A DNA stretch of 46,234 nt. Origin: a virus. Under the pieces are notes generated by a model that saw nothing but the letters and a program-made list of their open reading frames with translations, was not told the DNA's origin and ran no database searches. The stretch lies in IMG/VR virus record IMGVR_UViG_3300026529_000001; one strand, written 5' to 3'. Positions 7,656 through 15,517 of this stretch are shown one piece after another; the first letter of the stretch is position 1; the number at the start of each line of letters is the position of its first letter. The translations under genes and the position numbers were made by a program.

Positions 7656-8307
7656 CAGGTTTACCCACGGCTTTCGCTCGTGGCCTGGACCATATCTTCA
7701 CCCGTAAGGGTGTCCTGCTCATGGCCTCTGAGGACTCCCCGGCGATTCAACAAATGTACTTCTTCCATGATCGCAATCTCTCGTGGTCCATACGGGTGAT
7801 AGCGTCCTCTCGCTTTTGAAGACAATCGACGTTGGCAAAATTCCAAAACTAATTCCGCCTGTTTTGTCTTCGCAACGAGATAGGGAATGATCGGCGGCAA
7901 CACTTGTGCCGCACCCGTCAAGGATTGGATTCTCACGGAGAATGCTTTCCGCGCACGACCATTTGATGGTGTTACAGTCAATGCGTAGGGAACGCATCCT
8001 AATTTCGTGAAAATCTTTCTCGCGTGTTCGATTAAACGAAGGTCACAATTGTGCGCATCTATCTGTGGACGCATCCATTGACCCGCTTGCGCATTTCGTT
8101 GCCGCTTCATGTGATTAACGGCAATCGAAATTGTGCCTTCTCCATCCAAGAAACACGCGATCCACGAAAGATCAACCGGGGTTGCCTGCTGATTGTCCAT
8201 TGTCGCATCCTTTCCGCTATCACCCATAGGTGGGAAAGGCTTTAGGATATTCCAGCATACCGCAGGATTTGAGTTCAACCGGAGCCTCCTATGTTCCTCT
8301 AGAGGCG
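7656..8307 (-). mobile_element. Putative group I intron interrupting the capsid gene (carries a LAGLIDADG ORF)
   Basis: Exon 1 ends in U (8308) and the intervening sequence ends in G (7656). Internal GUUGAACU (8272..8279) pairs with the exon-1 end AGUUCAAU, placing U.G at the junction. A GAAA-tetraloop hairpin lies at 7665..7683. The exon join restores ...DPQFN|WFEE... Confidence 0.7.
7661..8200 (-). CDS. Intron-encoded LAGLIDADG homing endonuclease
   Basis: ATG at 8200 follows GGAAAGGA. Sequence is MDNQQATPVDLSWIACFLDGEGTISIAV..., a LAGLIDADG motif. Low G+C. The stop is 5 nt from the proposed 3' splice site. The tracked 274-aa ORF's N-terminal extension is exon 1 and intron 5' sequence read out of frame. 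Confidence 0.8.
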   Translation of the reverse strand: MDNQQATPVDLSWIACFLDGEGTISIAVNHMKRQRNAQAGQWMRPQIDAHNCDLRLIEHARKIFTKLGCVPYALTVTPSNGRARKAFSVRIQSLTGAAQVLPPIIPYLVAKTKQAELVLEFCQRRLSSKARGRYHPYGPREIAIMEEVHLLNRRGVLRGHEQDTLTGEDMVQATSESRG

Positions 8308-8478
8308 ATTGAACTGCGGGTCGGTCGTACGTTCGCTTTCCAACCGCGTCAGGAACGCCGTCAACGGCGCGGGGTTGGGGTGGAGAAAAAGAATTTCCTC
8401 GCGCCAGTTTTGGGTACGCTCGCCGCGCGGGTCGTCCACGTTGAAGGAACCGGCCCCGCGTAAACCCAAGATCGCCAT
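8308..8478 (-). CDS. Major capsid protein, exon 1 (57 codons)
   Basis: GGAGGTGA (8482-8489) lies 3 nt before ATG 8478. MAILGLRGAGSFNVDDPRGERTQNWREEILFLHPNPAPLTAFLTRLESERTTDPQFN is a conserved capsid N-terminus. An in-frame TAG follows 3 codons later if the transcript is unspliced. Confidence 0.8.
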
Positions 8479-8578
8479 ACGTCACCTCCGGTGATGTGTG
8501 ACCGCTCTTGTGTCTCGCGGCGATCCCCGGAAGGACCCCGGCTCCCCGGAAGGAGCAGGAAACAACGAGCAGGTCGTG

Positions 8579-9328
8579 CTACTCTACCGAACCACCCGAT
8601 CGCTTGCCGCGTAGATAGTCGTGCATGTCCTGCCTGAGCTTGGTATCTCGATCCTCGTTGATCGGTTGCGGTCCCACCGCCGTAATCCGCCCGCCCGTTT
8701 CGGCGTAGACACCCTTCCGTCGCGGAGGAGCAGCGGGAAGAGGCTCTTCCTCTTCCTCGACCTGCGGGCTCCCCGGGATCATGGCTTTGGCGGCCTTCGC
8801 GATCATCTGGAATGCCTTCGGACGAGTCGCGGGGCGAGAGAGCGCCTGCTGGAACTTCGTATCGCCGCGCACCTGAAGGATCGCTCGCCTCACCGCTTCG
8901 CTCCCCATCTCGGTCCCCATGAGATCAGGGTAGTAGGACGAGAACTCCATATCGGCCCGCATCGCGCCCGCCGCATTGAGCGCTTCCTGACGGGAGATTT
9001 TGGTGACGTGCTCGGTCAGGTCTTTCCCGGCGATCTTGATCGCCCGTTCGACGGCGGTCCCGGGATCGGCGAGCCACGTCTGGTCGTCTCCGGCTTCTCG
9101 ACGAACCTTCCCCGCCCAGTCCGACCACCCTTTGTCGGCTTCGTCCCGGGTCGGTTCAAGCTGCTTCGGTTGGGATTGACTCGCGACCCGCGCCTCAAGT
9201 TCCTGATACCGACGCGCGAGATCGGCGTTTTCGTTGAGGACCCGGCCGACTTTCTGTTCGAGCGTTTCTCCCTGCGGTTGCGGGTCAGTCGGTTTCGGTT
9301 CGAGCAACTGATCCAACTCGGTGCTCAT
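8579..9328 (-). CDS. Scaffolding protein (putative)
   Basis: 249-aa charged, helical, coiled-coil-like ORF between portal and capsid. Strong SD (GGAGGGTGAGAAGGC). Confidence 0.6.
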   Translation of the reverse strand: MSTELDQLLEPKPTDPQPQGETLEQKVGRVLNENADLARRYQELEARVASQSQPKQLEPTRDEADKGWSDWAGKVRREAGDDQTWLADPGTAVERAIKIAGKDLTEHVTKISRQEALNAAGAMRADMEFSSYYPDLMGTEMGSEAVRRAILQVRGDTKFQQALSRPATRPKAFQMIAKAAKAMIPGSPQVEEEEEPLPAAPPRRKGVYAETGGRITAVGPQPINEDRDTKLRQDMHDYLRGKRSGGSVE

Positions 9329-9651
9329 GCCTTCTCACCCTCCTTCGATTCGATCGAATCCAGGATCGTGTCGGGCAACTGCTCGCACAGGAAGATGCCG
9401 TCGATCATGCCTTGCAAGTAGTTAAACTCGCTCCGCCATTCCGCGTCCGTTTTGCTCGCTTTCCCGGGCCGACCTAAGTTGTTGCGGTCGGTCTCCCGGA
9501 CTTTGCGATGCGTCTGGAAGAGTTCACGTAGGACGAGCCAGTCCGGGGATTGCTGGAGCCGGCGGACGGCCCCCACCATTCGGGCCTCCGATTCCGCCTG
9601 CTGGGCCACCTGGGCCTCCAGCCGGGACAAGGTTTCCTCGTTGGACACCAT
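9325..9651 (-). CDS. Hypothetical head-module protein
   Basis: ATG at 9651 follows AGGTGG. Helical 108-aa product coupled (ATGA) to the scaffold gene. It overlaps the Gly/Pro-rich 3' end of the portal ORF, so the start is uncertain. Confidence 0.4.
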   Translation of the reverse strand: MVSNEETLSRLEAQVAQQAESEARMVGAVRRLQQSPDWLVLRELFQTHRKVRETDRNNLGRPGKASKTDAEWRSEFNYLQGMIDGIFLCEQLPDTILDSIESKEGEKA

Positions 9652-11491
9652 CGGCCACCTGTTGGTCCGGCATGACGAGCGGTTTCGAACGCTTGAGGTC
9701 TTCGATGCTCCGGATTCCGAGAGGTCGGACACCGCGCTCGAAGATCTTCAAGGGGTCGAGTTGCTGATAGAGATCCGGCACCTGCATCCCGTCCTTGAGA
9801 ATCTCTCTCCACACTTCGGCAGTTCGGACAGGATCGAGGGGCATACTCCCATCGTGAATCTGGAACTGCCACTCCCCTTGGAGTTCGTCGGGATCGACCT
9901 TCACGATGCTCCCTTCGGCTAAGCCTGCGTATTCCTGGGAGTGTCGCGACCCCACGATCTGGACGAACTGCGCTTCGGTGAGGTGCTGCTGAAGCAATCG
10001 CATCTGAAGGTTCGCCCACTCGGCGATCCCCATGCCGCTCATCAACTGCGCGTGGACCTTGAGTCGGTTCGCGGCGAGTTGCATGGTGCCCGCAGATTCG
10101 GTCGCGGTCCTCCGTCGTGCGGAAGGGACACCCATTAACGCATCCAAGGCCGCAGACACACGCTGCATGAGGTCGAAGATCATCGCGACATCTTGCAAGT
10201 TCCCTTGGGTCACGTCCTGCACTTCGAGTTGCTTGATCGCTTGGCTCACATCCGTCCCGTAAAACTCCGGACGGAGCGGAATCAGTTTACCCGGTTGGGG
10301 TCTGGTGAGATCCTTGATGTTGATCCGCTGCGGATCGTAGACCAGCATATCGTTCATGATCTTGCGCCGGTTCTCGATGTGGCTGTTGAAGATCCAATCG
10401 AGGAAGTCTTGCAGAGGCTGCAAGATTTCCATGTCGCCCGGGTTCATCGTTGAGTGCATGTCGGACGAGGACTCCATGAACCAGTATGGGAACTTCGTCA
10501 TGTCCTCGACCGGTTCGGCCTGGATCACCGTGTCTCGGTTGGCGAGCGTAAACAGCCACATCTCCGGACGTTCATCTTTCTTGTTCGGCCCGAGATCGAG
10601 ATCGCTCGGGAGAATCCGGCTCCACAACTGCTCCAGGAACACGAACCCCTTGTCGTATTGGGTCGCCTGGAAGTCGAAGTAGTTCGGGAGACCCATCACT
10701 TTCAGGCGGTAACTCGACCGCGCAACAGCCAGGGCATCCTGGTACGTCCACCGGGGGACCTCATCGAGGTTCACGTACGGGTCGTCCCGATGCTCCTGGA
10801 GTCTGTACCACGAGACGAACATCGATTCCCCGATCATGTTGCCGTCGTTCTGCCGCCACAATGGGACTCTCGGATCGGGCGTGATGAGCCACGGGTCCCA
10901 GAGCGTCGTTCTCGGACCGTCGTACGTGGTGACTTCTTCCTTGATCTGGTTCTCGGTCATCCCGAGATTCATCCCGGCGAGCGTGGCAGGCTGGCGGATC
11001 GTCCGGGTCCGCATCTCGGTTGTCGTTTCCCACAGGACCTTTCCGCCCCCCATGCCGTACTTCCCGGCGTCCAGGAGAGCTCCATAGAGGATGAGATTGG
11101 ATTTCTGGAGGCGGTTGTAGTGTTCGAGGGCCAATTCCATCGCGTCCGCGCCCTTGAGGTTTTCGCCTCTCGGGTCCTGAACCTGCATGAACGGGAGTTG
11201 GGCGCTGAACAGCGTGTACCAGTAGGCGACCTTGGCCTGCAACAGAGCATACGAATAGGGAATCACGACCGTCTCTTCCCACGGGTATGTCTGTCTCCCG
11301 GACTGGGGATGCGTGGACGCGGGGTTCACGAACGCCCGATACCGTTCCTCGACCTTCTGCCACGCGGAAGAACGAGCACTCATCGCGGTGTCGCCCATGT
11401 CGAACATCGCGCGCACGTAGGTCCGGATCTGGCCGTACTGTGAGGGGGAGAGCTTCCGCATCAATCCGTCAGTTCGTCCTGGGTCGTCCAC
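9524..11491 (-). CDS. Portal protein
   Basis: 655-aa ORF between terminase and scaffold/capsid. Size, position and the central ...NRRKIMNDMLVYDP...LMGVPSARRRTATE... region fit podovirus-type head-tail connectors. Alternative start ATG 11461 is coupled by TGATG. Confidence 0.75.
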   Translation of the reverse strand: MDDPGRTDGLMRKLSPSQYGQIRTYVRAMFDMGDTAMSARSSAWQKVEERYRAFVNPASTHPQSGRQTYPWEETVVIPYSYALLQAKVAYWYTLFSAQLPFMQVQDPRGENLKGADAMELALEHYNRLQKSNLILYGALLDAGKYGMGGGKVLWETTTEMRTRTIRQPATLAGMNLGMTENQIKEEVTTYDGPRTTLWDPWLITPDPRVPLWRQNDGNMIGESMFVSWYRLQEHRDDPYVNLDEVPRWTYQDALAVARSSYRLKVMGLPNYFDFQATQYDKGFVFLEQLWSRILPSDLDLGPNKKDERPEMWLFTLANRDTVIQAEPVEDMTKFPYWFMESSSDMHSTMNPGDMEILQPLQDFLDWIFNSHIENRRKIMNDMLVYDPQRINIKDLTRPQPGKLIPLRPEFYGTDVSQAIKQLEVQDVTQGNLQDVAMIFDLMQRVSAALDALMGVPSARRRTATESAGTMQLAANRLKVHAQLMSGMGIAEWANLQMRLLQQHLTEAQFVQIVGSRHSQEYAGLAEGSIVKVDPDELQGEWQFQIHDGSMPLDPVRTAEVWREILKDGMQVPDLYQQLDPLKIFERGVRPLGIRSIEDLKRSKPLVMPDQQVADGVQRGNLVPAGGPGGPAGGIGGPNGGGRPPAPAIPGLARPT

Positions 11492-11655
11492 CGGAGCGTA
11501 TCGCTCTGTCCGGCCTTCTTCGCCCGGACCAGGACACGCCCGTCACTTGCGGTACTCTCCAATTCGTAGGTGGACCCTGATGGCGTCCCGGACAAGGTGG
11601 TCACCTGGGGATGAAGGACGGTGTGATGATCCAGTTTCCGGGGTTCGCTCTTCAT
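11461..11655 (-). CDS. Hypothetical small protein
   Basis: 64-aa ORF. ATG lies 1 nt after the upstream TGA. It fills the gap before the portal gene. Confidence 0.5.
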   Translation of the reverse strand: MKSEPRKLDHHTVLHPQVTTLSGTPSGSTYELESTASDGRVLVRAKKAGQSDTLRWTTQDELTD

Positions 11656-11656
11656 G

Positions 11657-11989
11657 TCAGTACCCGAGGACGACGAACTGCAGCGAGAGTGCGGTGAGAT
11701 TCGTCCCTGTCGCCACTTCGGTCATGCCGCCCGTCTTGGACGCGGGAAACGTATAGACGCGCAACGTGTTCGCGACAGAATCGAAGACGAGATTGTACCC
11801 GCCGGCCATCCCGTTGGTGCCGAACGCTCCGAGGATTTTCTGGAAGAATCCCAACGAGGTGGTGGTCACGGCATATCCGCCGGCCGGGTAACTCGCATCC
11901 CCGGTGATCAGCATGTAATTTGTATTCATCGACGAAAACACTCCGGCGAGATTCCCGCCGGTCCCTGTTTCGGTGATTGTCAGCGCCAT
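11657..11989 (-). CDS. ~110-aa head-module paralog, copy 1
   Basis: MALTITE...ITGDASYPAGGYAV...LRVYTF...ATGTNLTALSLQFVVLGY is clearly similar to 12208..12549 and 5756..6082. Confidence 0.65.
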   Translation of the reverse strand: MALTITETGTGGNLAGVFSSMNTNYMLITGDASYPAGGYAVTTTSLGFFQKILGAFGTNGMAGGYNLVFDSVANTLRVYTFPASKTGGMTEVATGTNLTALSLQFVVLGY

Positions 11990-11998
11990 ACGATCCTC

Positions 11999-12196
11999 CT
12001 ATCCTTGATGCGATTCCCCGGGCGCTTTCACCGGGGTCGCGGCCAATGTCAGGAAATACTCGCTGCCGTCGGGGAGCGGGGTGAGCCCGGTGATCTCGAT
12101 CCGCACGTCCCCGTCCTCGATCACGACCGATTGATCGGCGAGTGGTGTAAAGAACCGGCGGATGCTGACACCTGGAAAGGTATAGGGCTGTTCCAC
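11999..12196 (-). CDS. Hypothetical small protein
   Basis: 65 codons. GTG at 12194-12196 lies 5 nt after GAAGGAGG. The tracked 116-aa ORF's 5' part overlaps the upstream paralog and looks non-coding. Confidence 0.5.
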   Translation of the reverse strand: MEQPYTFPGVSIRRFFTPLADQSVVIEDGDVRIEITGLTPLPDGSEYFLTLAATPVKAPGESHQG

Positions 12197-12207
12197 GAGA
12201 ACCTCCT

Positions 12208-12549
12208 TCAGAATCCGAACACGGCCGCGTTCACCGTGATGGTCGAGAGATTCTGCCCGCTCGTCGCTTCGATCATCGCGGTCGAGGTGACGGTCGGCGT
12301 CTTGAAGAACCGGAATGTGCTGTACGCTCCGTCCCAGACCACGATCCACGGCGCGCTCGCAGTCGTGACCTGAAGGGATTGCACGCCCTGGATCTGCTGG
12401 GAGAACGTGAACGTGCTCGTCGAGACGGCATACCCGCCGTTCGGGTAGGATGAATCACCCTGGAGCGAGGCGTACTTGAGGGCCTGCGGGGAAATGACGC
12501 CTGCGAGATTGTATTGCGTGTTGTAGGGAACGACCACAGTCAATGCCAT
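12208..12549 (-). CDS. ~110-aa head-module paralog, copy 2
   Basis: MALTVVV...LQGDSSYPNGGYAV...FRFFKT...TSGQNLSTITVNAAVFGF is a paralog of 11657..11989. Confidence 0.65.
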   Translation of the reverse strand: MALTVVVPYNTQYNLAGVISPQALKYASLQGDSSYPNGGYAVSTSTFTFSQQIQGVQSLQVTTASAPWIVVWDGAYSTFRFFKTPTVTSTAMIEATSGQNLSTITVNAAVFGF

Positions 12550-12558
12550 CGTGTCCTC

Positions 12559-13965
12559 CTAATGGTGGAGCTTCCCGAGCCAGAAGTCCGTGTCGACTTC
12601 CACCTCGACCTCTTTCGCGTACTGCAGCTTCACGACCCCGGAACACGCATATTGCAATGCATCATGCACATGGCTATAGTCGTTCTTGATCGGGGTCGGG
12701 GTGTACCGCCCGGGGGTGCTCCCGATCTGACCGAGGAAATAGCCGCCTTGGAATCCTCCGATCAGCCGGTGGCACCCCGGGTCGATCGCAAAGGCCGGTT
12801 CTCCGCGGACCATCATGGTGAGCCAGTCCTTGACCGCCTGCGTCCTCACCTCGATCTGCGTGGGACCCGGCCGAACACGGATGCCTTTCTCGAACAAGAT
12901 ATGCGCGCAGGATTTCCCGGAGGTCTGCTCGACCCGGAAGGCCGCGGGGTCCACGTAATCGACAAACGAACATCCGGGGAAGAACGTGGCGCTTTCCGAT
13001 TGGATCGTATCGGCTAACTCGGCAATCCCAATCGCGCTGTCGAACACCAACTCATGCCCAACGAGAAGCCGGCCTCTCCGATCCATCTGCACCCACACAC
13101 ACGATCCCGGCCCCGGCACGTCGATTCCCCGAATCACGGGGCGATCTGACGTGATTTGTTTCCGGACGTCTCCCTGCTCTCCGTCTTCGGGAGTATGGAC
13201 GCCGAGCTTGAATTCCGGGTAGACGGGAATCCCGCGGACATCAATGAGCGGGTCCCACGACCCGTACACCGAGTGCTTCCTCCGAAGCTCGGGCATGGAC
13301 GCGAGTCGCTGTTTGTAATCCTCTGGGAGATTGTCCCAGTTGTCCATCGAGGACGCTTCATACAACATCCCCTGCTTCTTATCGACGAAGATGTCCCAGA
13401 TCCACCCGCCCTCGGACGCGTTCCCCCCATAGTTCGCTTCAAGAAAGGCAAACTGGAACGCGACCGGCCACCGGAGACGTTCGTTCAAGGTATCCCACAT
13501 TCTGCGGGTGATCTTCGGGTCGTTCGCCTGCGAGACGCCCACCCACCCAATCTCCAAGCTCTCGAACTTGTGCGGGTCCTCGAGGTTCCGGAACAGGATC
13601 TCGCTCGGTCGGTCCCCATCTTCACTGTGAACGAGCAATACTTGACTCGCGAGATCCTTCCGATCTAAGACGTCCGGGTTAATCATCAATTCCCGGGGGA
13701 TGACCTTCTTCCACGTCGGGATGAACGAGTCCCGGAGTTCGTCGTACGAGTACCGAGCAAAAAGGCCTCGGTTTCCCGGATAACGCCAACTGAGAAGCCA
13801 TCCTCGGAGGCATAGCGCGGTAGTTTTGCCAGCTCCAACACCAGCAACAAACGCTGCTGTCGGGCCGTCAGTGTGGATGTACGCCGCTTGCGGGATGCTC
13901 GACGGCTTGAACGGGAGGGTGACGACCTTTTCGGTCGATTGGAGATCGGCAACGGACGGACTCAC
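12559..13965 (-). CDS. terL: Terminase large subunit
   Basis: Walker A GVGAGKTTA and a C-terminal nuclease-like region (GIDVPG..., HVHDALQY). GTG start at 13963-13965 overlaps the upstream TGA (GTGA). 468 aa. Confidence 0.85.
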   Translation of the reverse strand: MSPSVADLQSTEKVVTLPFKPSSIPQAAYIHTDGPTAAFVAGVGAGKTTALCLRGWLLSWRYPGNRGLFARYSYDELRDSFIPTWKKVIPRELMINPDVLDRKDLASQVLLVHSEDGDRPSEILFRNLEDPHKFESLEIGWVGVSQANDPKITRRMWDTLNERLRWPVAFQFAFLEANYGGNASEGGWIWDIFVDKKQGMLYEASSMDNWDNLPEDYKQRLASMPELRRKHSVYGSWDPLIDVRGIPVYPEFKLGVHTPEDGEQGDVRKQITSDRPVIRGIDVPGPGSCVWVQMDRRGRLLVGHELVFDSAIGIAELADTIQSESATFFPGCSFVDYVDPAAFRVEQTSGKSCAHILFEKGIRVRPGPTQIEVRTQAVKDWLTMMVRGEPAFAIDPGCHRLIGGFQGGYFLGQIGSTPGRYTPTPIKNDYSHVHDALQYACSGVVKLQYAKEVEVEVDTDFWLGKLHH

Positions 13966-14159
13966 TGATCTTGCTGACCGACCTGAGTGGCGATAAAATG
14001 CTCGACGAACAATCCCACCAAGAGACTCAGCACCGCACCGACCACATTCTTCTGGAGCGCGAACATCAACCACACGGTGAGGACAATCGTCTCGATCACC
14101 GTGAACACGATGACCCCGAACGTGGCTTTCCCGCTGAGTGGCTTCCGGCCGAAGATCAT
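13962..14159 (-). CDS. Small two-TM membrane protein
   Basis: 65 aa with two hydrophobic spans (FGVIVFTVIETIVLTVWLMFAL, VVGAVLSLLVGLFVEHFIA). Coupled on both sides. Confidence 0.55.
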   Translation of the reverse strand: MIFGRKPLSGKATFGVIVFTVIETIVLTVWLMFALQKNVVGAVLSLLVGLFVEHFIATQVGQQDQ

Positions 14160-14383
14160 TGGCCCTCCGTGTGCTCCCTCGTCACGTCCTCGATCGTGTA
14201 CGGCTGGTTCTCGATCTCGTTGGTTTGCTTCTGGTGCGCGTGTCCCCGCTCATCGATGGAGAGGGCGATGTCCGTCCTCCGCGACTTCCACGTTTCCTGC
14301 GTCGTCTTTACCCCGGCCCCAGATTCGGTCGGAGGATCCTTGCGGACCCCCCGCACCGCTTCCGGACCTCGCCGCGTCTTCAT
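14156..14383 (-). CDS. Hypothetical small charged protein
   Basis: 75-aa ORF, ATGA-type coupling, basic N-terminus. Small-terminase role not demonstrable. Confidence 0.4.
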   Translation of the reverse strand: MKTRRGPEAVRGVRKDPPTESGAGVKTTQETWKSRRTDIALSIDERGHAHQKQTNEIENQPYTIEDVTREHTEGQ

Positions 14384-14892
14384 CCGATCACCCAGTACGT
14401 GATCCCGTACACGGTCCCCCCGACGCTCGTCCCCAAGGTCGTGGCGACGGCCACCGTAAACCCGGTCGTCGCCGACACTGACACGAACGCCCCGGCGATC
14501 CCCACGGCCCCTGACGTGCCCGAGACCGAGATCCCCACATAGGGCGCTGTCGCATACGCTGTCGCGTACACGATCTGCACCGCGTTCCCGGTCGTCGGGG
14601 CCGTCCCTGTTCCAAACGTGAAGCTTCCGCGTGCGTCCGTTGATCCCGTGGTCACCGTTACCGCCGGAGGGGCGGTCCCCAACGCCGCCAACGTGGTGGC
14701 TGTCACCTGACTTCCCCCAGCGACCAGGTGGCCCTGGTTCTGGACGCTATACAGGATCGTGCTCGCGCTGTTCATCACATCGACCGCATCCTGGGTCGGA
14801 GATGCAGCAAGTTGCACGATCAACCCCCGCTGAGACGCACCGGGTTGGATCACGACCCCACCGTACGTGTTGTAATCCAAATAGAACGGCAT
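14380..14892 (-). CDS. Hypothetical beta-rich protein (fibre/lectin-like C-terminal half)
   Basis: 170 aa, T/G/A/V-rich, with ...FTFGTG...APYVGISVSG...VSATTGFTVAV... resembling H-type-lectin/fibre-tip domains. Weak call. Confidence 0.4.
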   Translation of the reverse strand: MPFYLDYNTYGGVVIQPGASQRGLIVQLAASPTQDAVDVMNSASTILYSVQNQGHLVAGGSQVTATTLAALGTAPPAVTVTTGSTDARGSFTFGTGTAPTTGNAVQIVYATAYATAPYVGISVSGTSGAVGIAGAFVSVSATTGFTVAVATTLGTSVGGTVYGITYWVIG

Positions 14893-14893
14893 G

Positions 14894-15103
14894 TTACCCT
14901 CCCTGGAGGATCGATTCGAGCGCTTTCACTTCCCCGTCCGCCTGCGCGATCGCCCCCTCCAACGTCCGCCGCTGGCTGTGGAGCCGATCGATCGCCCGCC
15001 CGACCTCTTCCCGCTGTAACGCTAACATCGCCCGCCGCTCTTGGGCTTCCTGGTGCTTTCGCTTGATCCGGACCGCAAGATCCCCGTTCAAGGCATCCAT
15101 CAT
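14894..15103 (-). CDS. Small coiled-coil protein
   Basis: ATG at 15103 overlaps the upstream TGA (ATGA). 69-aa heptad-like charged sequence. Confidence 0.5.
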   Translation of the reverse strand: MMDALNGDLAVRIKRKHQEAQERRAMLALQREEVGRAIDRLHSQRRTLEGAIAQADGEVKALESILQGG

Positions 15104-15423
15104 GCCCTCTGCTTTGTCCCGCAGTTCGTACAGATTCGGAATCCCTTCTCCACCCGCCGCCACATCAACCCGCACTTCGGACACCGCTCCGATTCGGGAA
15201 TCCCGTGCGATGTCTCGTCCACCGGGGTCATGACCGGAACCACCTCGTGCGGGTGTACCACTTCAGGCGACGGGATTGACGCGGGGTGTCCTCCTCGCCC
15301 CTCAAGCAAGCCGATGATGTACCCGTTCAAACTCCGCTTCTCCGCTAACGCGTCCTCAACCAACCGAGCGTGCAACTCCTCAGGCAATCGTAGTATCAGA
15401 TTCACCTTCCCCACTAGTATCAC
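15100..15423 (-). CDS. Ribbon-helix-helix DNA-binding protein with C-terminal zinc ribbon
   Basis: N-terminus LRLPEELHARLVEDALAEKRSLNGYIIGLLE is an RHH pattern. C-terminus has CPKCG...CTNCG. The GTG start lies inside one GTGATACTA repeat. Confidence 0.7.
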   Translation of the reverse strand: MILVGKVNLILRLPEELHARLVEDALAEKRSLNGYIIGLLEGRGGHPASIPSPEVVHPHEVVPVMTPVDETSHGIPESERCPKCGLMWRRVEKGFRICTNCGTKQRA

Positions 15424-15517
15424 CCCTCGGGAATAGTATCACTTTCCTCCCTCTGGTGTGATACTAGTAGCACTTTCTTCCCCCGAAGTGATACTATCTT
15501 CATCGGGAGTGATACTA
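15391..15517. promoter_or_regulatory. Array of six GTGATACTA motifs (three inverted plus three direct), candidate operator set
   Basis: TAGTATCA(C) at 15391, 15415 and 15434. GTGATACTA at 15458, 15488 and 15509. Spacings are 19-30 bp, roughly symmetric about 15450. The array spans the RHH gene start and the upstream gene's 3' end. Confidence 0.55.

Noticed and set aside
7656-8307. Intein, rather than intron, as the explanation for the capsid interruption
   Set aside because: The insert is not in frame with the exons. TAG occurs 3 codons past exon 1, and the endonuclease ORF is in a different frame with its own SD and stop.
7661-8485. Full 274-aa version of the intron endonuclease ORF starting at GTG 8485
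   Set aside because: Its first ~95 codons are capsid exon 1 read in another frame plus the intron's 5' segment. The LAGLIDADG domain starts after ATG 8200, which has its own SD.
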